The notes beneath the pieces were generated by a model. The model had not been told where the DNA came from, ran no database searches, and saw only the letters and a program-made list of their open reading frames with translations. Shown here one piece after another: positions 57,054 through 64,000 of a stretch of DNA of 64,000 nucleotides. The position numbers and the translations under genes were made by a program. Where the stretch lies: assembly GCA_951406725.2 (NCBI GenBank), contig OX597833.1:26660001-26724000 (forward strand). The letters are read 5' to 3'. Origin of the DNA: Octopus vulgaris (Eukaryota). Within the stretch, counting starts at the first letter, position 1, and each line of letters starts with the position of its first letter.

Positions 57054-57098
57054 ATTGTATTCGCCATAGACTTAGAGACTTAGTAATTTCAATATTTC

Positions 57099-57159
<61 letters not shown>

Positions 57160-57356
57160 TACATATATATATACATATCTGTTACAATCTATCATATTTA
57201 CCTATTTTTATTTTCCTTGCCTGAGTCCATTTCTTCTGCTAATATATGTATTACGCACAATGATATAGAATCTAAGACTTCTTATTACGTTACTGTGGTT
57301 CTTCCATATTGCCTCGAGATACACTAATGTAGCAAGCGCGATATAAATGTACGTTG

Positions 57357-57387
<31 letters not shown>

Positions 57388-57394
57388 GTGTATG

Positions 57395-57428
<34 letters not shown>

Positions 57429-57450
57429 TGTACGTACGTATGTATGTATG

Positions 57451-57482
<32 letters not shown>

Positions 57483-57633
57483 CATGTTTGTAAATGTGGG
57501 CATGTACGAATGTATGTGTCATTATTGTATGTGTGTATGTGTATACGCATACGTAAATAATATCATAGAATGTGTGTCTGTGTATGTGTGTGTTTATGTG
57601 TATATTGGTGTGCATGTTTCTTTGTTCGTGTGT

Positions 57634-57860
57634 GAAGGCGCATGGCTTAGTGGTTAGAGCGTCGGGTGCACGGTCGTGAAGCATTGAATCCGATTCCCGG
57701 ACTGGATTCTGCATTGTGTTCTTGAGCAAGACACTTTATTTCAGGTTATTCCAGTTCACTCAATTGTAGAAATGAGTTGCAACGTCACAGGTATGAAACC
57801 GATCGGCCTTTGCCTATCTTTGAATAAAATCATTGGCTCGGAGAGGAGAGACTGGTATTC
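57634..57860 (+). mobile_element. SINE (family B-related)
   Basis: GAAGGCGCATGGCTTAGTGGTTAGAGCGTCGG...TTCTTGAGCAAGACACTTTATTTCA. Confidence 0.8.
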
Positions 57861-58194
57861 TATAAACAACATTGCTTTATAATGTATGACCGAAGGTTTT
57901 TTTTTACCCGTATATATATACATATACGTACATATACATACATACACACATACACAAACACACACACACACTCACATACACACACACTCACATGCACACA
58001 CACACACACACAACATATACATATATATATATGTGTGTGTGTGTGTGTGTAATAGAAAGAAGTGGACGAGCTCTATACTGTACTCTGTTACGTTCTTTAC
58101 AGAATATAACTATGTGTGTGTGTGTGTGCTATACGGAAACATCTGTGTATGCAACGTATAGAGACTAATCAAAGACATCCTATATGCACATATG

Positions 58195-58885
<691 letters not shown>

Positions 58886-58992
58886 TACAGACACCTAGGA
58901 ACAGATGTAAAGTGTATACGTATACATTCCCTATGATAGATCGTTAGCCACTACACATTCTTTATTTTCTCTCCTTCTTTCTTTCTGTGTTC

Positions 58993-59029
58993 CTTTCTGT
59001 GGAAGAGCATAGGCTCGAAACGTTAAAGA
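58993..59029 (+). ncRNA. Atypical minimal hammerhead-like motif, copy 3, in a PLE-like fragment (about 58930-59120)
   Basis: CTTT-CTGTGGAA-GAGC-ATAG-GCTC-GAAA-CG-TT-AAAG. Confidence 0.5.
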
Positions 59030-59129
59030 CTTTTTCACTTCCCGAGCGTTATACTAATACATCTGTTTGTTGTCTGCACCACCTGTCTACGTAGTTTTTT
59101 TTTGTGAATTCTCCTTATATATGTATATA

Positions 59130-59214
<85 letters not shown>

Positions 59215-59224
59215 ATATAGAAGG

Positions 59225-59275
59225 AGCTTCTACAGGACTAGAACTGTTTCATTCAAGAGAAATCTTCAGGAAGTT
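59225..59275 (-). ncRNA. Type I hammerhead ribozyme fold (inverted copy)
   Basis: Reverse complement of 61955-62005 with one stem I mismatch. Confidence 0.7.
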
Positions 59276-59699
59276 AGTTAACAAGAATTGTATTGGCATT
59301 TATACATTTAGGCAGGTTTAAAGGGGTGGTGGTGGGGGACTTTTTTGGGGGTAGGCATAGCGCAAAATGTCATACTTGGAGTCAGTGGTAAATTAGATAA
59401 AAGAATAAATAAAAGAATTTTTAAAACAATATATAAAATAAAAAATAAAAAAATAAAATAATAAAAAAAATAAAAAAATAAAAAAATAAAAAAATATATA
59501 TAAAAATATATATAAAAAAAGAATAGAGTTTTAGGTAAATAAGGAGATTCTCACTTATACCTCTACACATATGTATACATATATACACACGCACACACAT
59601 ATATACATACACACATACACACACACACACACATGTACATATACATACACACACATACATACACATATCTACACATACACATATATATATATATATATC

Positions 59700-59731
<32 letters not shown>

Positions 59732-60383
59732 CGTACACACACACACATGCATACACATATACACACATGTATGTATACACACACTACCACACATACATAT
59801 ACACACAGAAAAATATATATACATACACACACATACACATACACGCATACACACACATATATATATCCACATACACACATGCACACACAACACACAGGTC
59901 CCTATATACACATATATACACATACACACATATATACATATATATACATATATCTATATATACATATGTGTACCTATACATACCTACACATACACACATA
60001 TATACATACAAATACAGACCCATTCCCTAATTTTAATTTTATTATCTTCATTTATTACTTTTGTTATCTTTGACCGCTGGTCGCAAGCATCTTGGCTATG
60101 ACAGCAAGTCCATTAATCTTTCTACTTGAAAACAAGCACTCATTCACGCACGCACACTCATTTGCACGCACCCTCACTCATTCGTACACTCATACACATA
60201 CTCGCACGCGTTTTATTCATACATACATACATCTACATACATTCACGTATATACACATACGTACGCGTACCTACAGCTTCAAGTCTACATTCTTAGAAGG
60301 CTAGTCTATACATATACACCAATAAATATATATACACACATACATATACACCTACATACAAATACATACATATATATATATAT

Positions 60384-60433
<50 letters not shown>

Positions 60434-61069
60434 ATATATATATACATACATACACATACATACACATACACACATACACATACATACGTATACATACATA
60501 CATACATCCATACATCCGTACATACATACATATATACACATACACACACCCACACGTATACATATACATACATATATATACGCATGCATACACATACAAA
60601 TACATACACATACACACATATACATATACATACATATATATACACACACATACATAATACATACATACATATACAAATATACGCACACACATACATACAC
60701 ATATACACATTCACGCACATACACATTGACATGCGTACCCATACACACACACACACGCTCATCCATATATACACATAAGTACACACATGCGTAAAAGTAT
60801 ACATAAATCTATGCTTACACATACACACACACACACACGCGCCTCCTTATATTTATACTTACATGCAAACTCAAAAAATAAATAATAAAATATATATACG
60901 CGCAGTTATTCATACATGCATACTCAAAAAATAAATAATAAATATTAAGTATATGTACGTGCAGTTACCTATTATACAGACGGATACATACATATAAACT
61001 TACACACATATACATATATATACATATATACATATACATATATACATATACATATATATATATATATAA

Positions 61070-61110
<41 letters not shown>

Positions 61111-61253
61111 CCTACACATATGTACCTATACATACACACATAGATAACTCTACGTACCTACATATACATAAACACACGAGCGTACACGTATATGTACATA
61201 TACAAATACACATACACACATATATATATACATACATACATATACATACACAC

Positions 61254-61289
<36 letters not shown>

Positions 61290-61954
61290 GTGTGTATATA
61301 GGGACCTGTGTGTTGTGTGTGCATGTGTGTATGTGGATATATATATGTGTGTGTATGCGTGTATGTGTATGTGTGTGTATGTATATATATTTTTCTGTGT
61401 GTATATGTATGTGTGGTAGTGTGTGTATACATACATGTGTGTATATGTGTATGCATGTGTGTGTGTGTATGTATATATATATATATATGTATATATATAG
61501 ATATGTATATATATATATGTGTATGTGTAGATATGTGTATGTATGTGTATGTGTATATATATGTACATGTGTGTGTGTGTATGTATGTGTGTATGTATAT
61601 ATGTGTGTGTGCGTGTGTATATATGTATACATATGTGTATAGGTATAAGTGAGAATCTCCTTATTTACCTAAAACTCTATTCTTTTTTTTATATATATTT
61701 TTATATATATTTTTATATATATTTTTTTATTTTTTTATTTTTTATTTTTTTATTATTTTATTTTATTTTTTATTTTATATTTTTTTATTATTTTTTTATT
61801 CTTTTATTTATTCTTTTATCTAATTTACCACTGACTCCTTGACCACTCCCCCAAGTATGATATTTTGCGCTATGCCTACCCCCAAAAAAGTCCCCCACCA
61901 CCACCCCTTTAAACCTGCCTAAATGTATAAATGCCAATACAATTCTTGTTAACT

Positions 61955-62005
61955 AGCTTCCTGAAGATTTCTCTTGAATGAAACAGTTCTAGTCCTGTAG
62001 AAGCT
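61955..62005 (+). ncRNA. Type I hammerhead ribozyme fold
   Basis: Stem I AGCTTC/GAAGCT; CTGAAGA 61961-61967; stem II TTC-TCTT-GAA with U-U at its base; GAAA 61980-61983; stem III ACAG/CTGT; GUA site after 61999. Confidence 0.75.
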
Positions 62006-62091
62006 CCTTCTATATAATAAATTAATTTTACTCTGCTATGTATTGAGTACCTTATTTACTGTGGTTAACCCCGAATCAACCCGGGACCTAC

Positions 62092-62123
<32 letters not shown>

Positions 62124-63120
62124 GAAAGGCGGTTCTCCGGCATGGCAGCAGTCACATGACTGAAACAAATAAAAGAGTATATATATATATATGTATATAT
62201 ATACATGCATGGAAGTGACTTTTTGCAATGCTTGTTCTTATGAATGTATATCAATCCATACATCTCACATTTCCCTGCTACGATTTCAATGTATACTTAC
62301 ATATCTATATGAATGTATCAGTGTATGCTATGTACTAATCATCCGTATTAATTTTAACCTATAAGAATATTTTATTTCTATTGAGAATCTCATAAATACC
62401 ACATTCATTAAAAATATCGTGCAGTGTTTTTATTTCCATAGATGCTTTTTCTACACAATTGCTTTCTTTCAACACAGAATCCTTTCATTTCTTTCTTTCA
62501 AAATATTTCCTGTAAGTACACTTTGAGAATCTCCGGTATAATTAACTGCGTTTTATGTCAAATGTGCTAAACGCTGCTATAAATGGACACATGTGTGCTA
62601 GTATAGCTTACAAATTCGCTACAAAATCCGTTGTTCTCGGTTCTGTTTCACTGCTTGATAACTTCACCTTTTTTTTTGGTCAACTGATACGTTGCGAGTC
62701 GGACTTTTGTAGAGTGAAAATCTTTATGTTGATCAGTGCACCTATATGTACATAGAGTTACACAGATTCACACACACACAACCACACACACCCACACACA
62801 CACATACAAACAAACACACAAGAACATACACACGTAAAATCACATTTATTCATATGCAGCTGTAAATTTTTATAGATATTAATATATACATATGTGCATT
62901 TGAGCAGATAGATAAACATATATAAATTACATAACTGCAGATATATCCTATAACACAAGTATTTATAGCAATATTTGAGGTTAAATGAGTTTATACGAGT
63001 ATTGAAACAAATTATTCAAATTATTGCACAATGGCACACGAAGTAAAAAAGAAATTAAATAGAAATAACATTTCAATGATTAAATGTTTAACCAATAAAG
63101 GGAAAATATATAAAAGCATT

Positions 63121-63385
63121 GTGGAGGCACATAGCATAGTGGTTAGTGCAGCGGACTCGCCGTCGGGGGATCGCGGGTTCGAATCTCAGACCGGGTGATG
63201 TGTTTGCTTAGAAGGTAAAGGCGAACTTCTGCTGACTCTTTCGCAACAACTTTCTCTCAATCTTTCTTCCTGCATCTAGCAGCTCACCTGCGACGGACCG
63301 GCGTCCCGTCCAGGTGCGTCCAGGTGGAGAACCTGTACGCCAAGGAAACTGGGAAACCGAGCATGGCTCGAGAAAGAAGAAATAA
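63121..63385 (+). mobile_element. tRNA-derived SINE, family B
   Basis: GTGGAGGCACATAGCATAGTGGTTAGTGCAGCGGACTCG...GGGTTCGAATCTC with A and B boxes. Confidence 0.85.
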
Positions 63386-64000
63386 CAACGTATAAAAGCA
63401 TATATAATAATGACAAATATGAATCTTAGCCTTGTAAGATTGCATATTACCATATCTCCAATATATTGTATGATATTTATCAGACGAAAAATCTTGTGAT
63501 TACATTTGGTTATCACCTTATTTCATTTATTCAGATGTTGTGTCTTGCAAGCTAAAAAAGGTATTGCTTTCCTGCGACTTAATCGACATGTGCTTAGTTT
63601 TTTTGTCTATGAATAAACAAATTTCACAATGCTCTGTTGTAAGCCTTAATCACTGCTTACACGTTTGCCATGTCCCACTTATTTGGCTAATGAAGATGAG
63701 TGCGCCAATTTTCGTCTTTTCAAGAATTGAACATCTGCCGACAAGCGTTTCTAGATATGTTGGATGTAGATATGTATGCCTTATGAAATGTACGTGTAAT
63801 TATACTACATTTGTTATCTATACATTTAATAATTTCAGTTCAACGAACAAGAACTGCTTTCCCTACAGTGAAAATTTGTTTTTAAGTTTCTTATTAGTTG
63901 TTCTAGTATACTTCATAATTACTTGGTCATTATTCAAATTATGCCTAATGGAGGAGTTTAAGTATCCATCCCCTCCAAAGGGGTTTGTCTAAAATCATTC

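Larger units (their letters stand above)
59210..62020. repeat. Large inverted repeat (about 700-bp arms, about 1.4-kb spacer) with an HHR near each outer end
   Basis: 59210-about 59912 versus about 61291-62020. The arms include unique sequence and matching CA/TA low-complexity tracts, with small indels such as 13 bp near 61839. Confidence 0.92.

Noticed and set aside
63540-63992. 150-aa ORF
   Set aside because: Non-ATG start, no recognisable motif and no convincing splice signals; probably chance or antisense to a decayed transposon.

Overview
AT-rich, repeat-dominated eukaryotic DNA, intronic or intergenic. The tRNA-derived SINE families suggest a cephalopod, probably Octopus (inference from recalled consensus sequences). 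I can support no intact host gene. Most ORFs in the track are translations of (TA)n, (CA)n, (GATA)n or triplet microsatellites. Recognisable content: several SINE families, decayed Tc1/mariner elements (DD41D-like and DD34D), a Tigger/pogo deletion derivative, a TTAA-flanked MITE, relics of R4/Dong, RTE and Penelope-like (PLE) retroelements, and a tRNA-like relic. The main unexplained structure is a dense set of short non-coding elements sitting inside (TA)n tracts. They are arranged as tandem, circularly permuted or fold-back repeats and carry minimal type I hammerhead ribozyme (HHR) folds. One HHR is fully canonical and lies in a 404-bp retrozyme-like unit (58296-58842). Two families have a U-U pair at the base of stem II, one copy has C3U, and a three-copy family has an atypical CUGUNG(A/G)A core. 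Two palindromes turn around inside half-hammerheads. Together these suggest a (TA)n-targeting PLE/retrozyme system with circular or multimeric RNA intermediates. All folds were worked out by eye; activity is untested.
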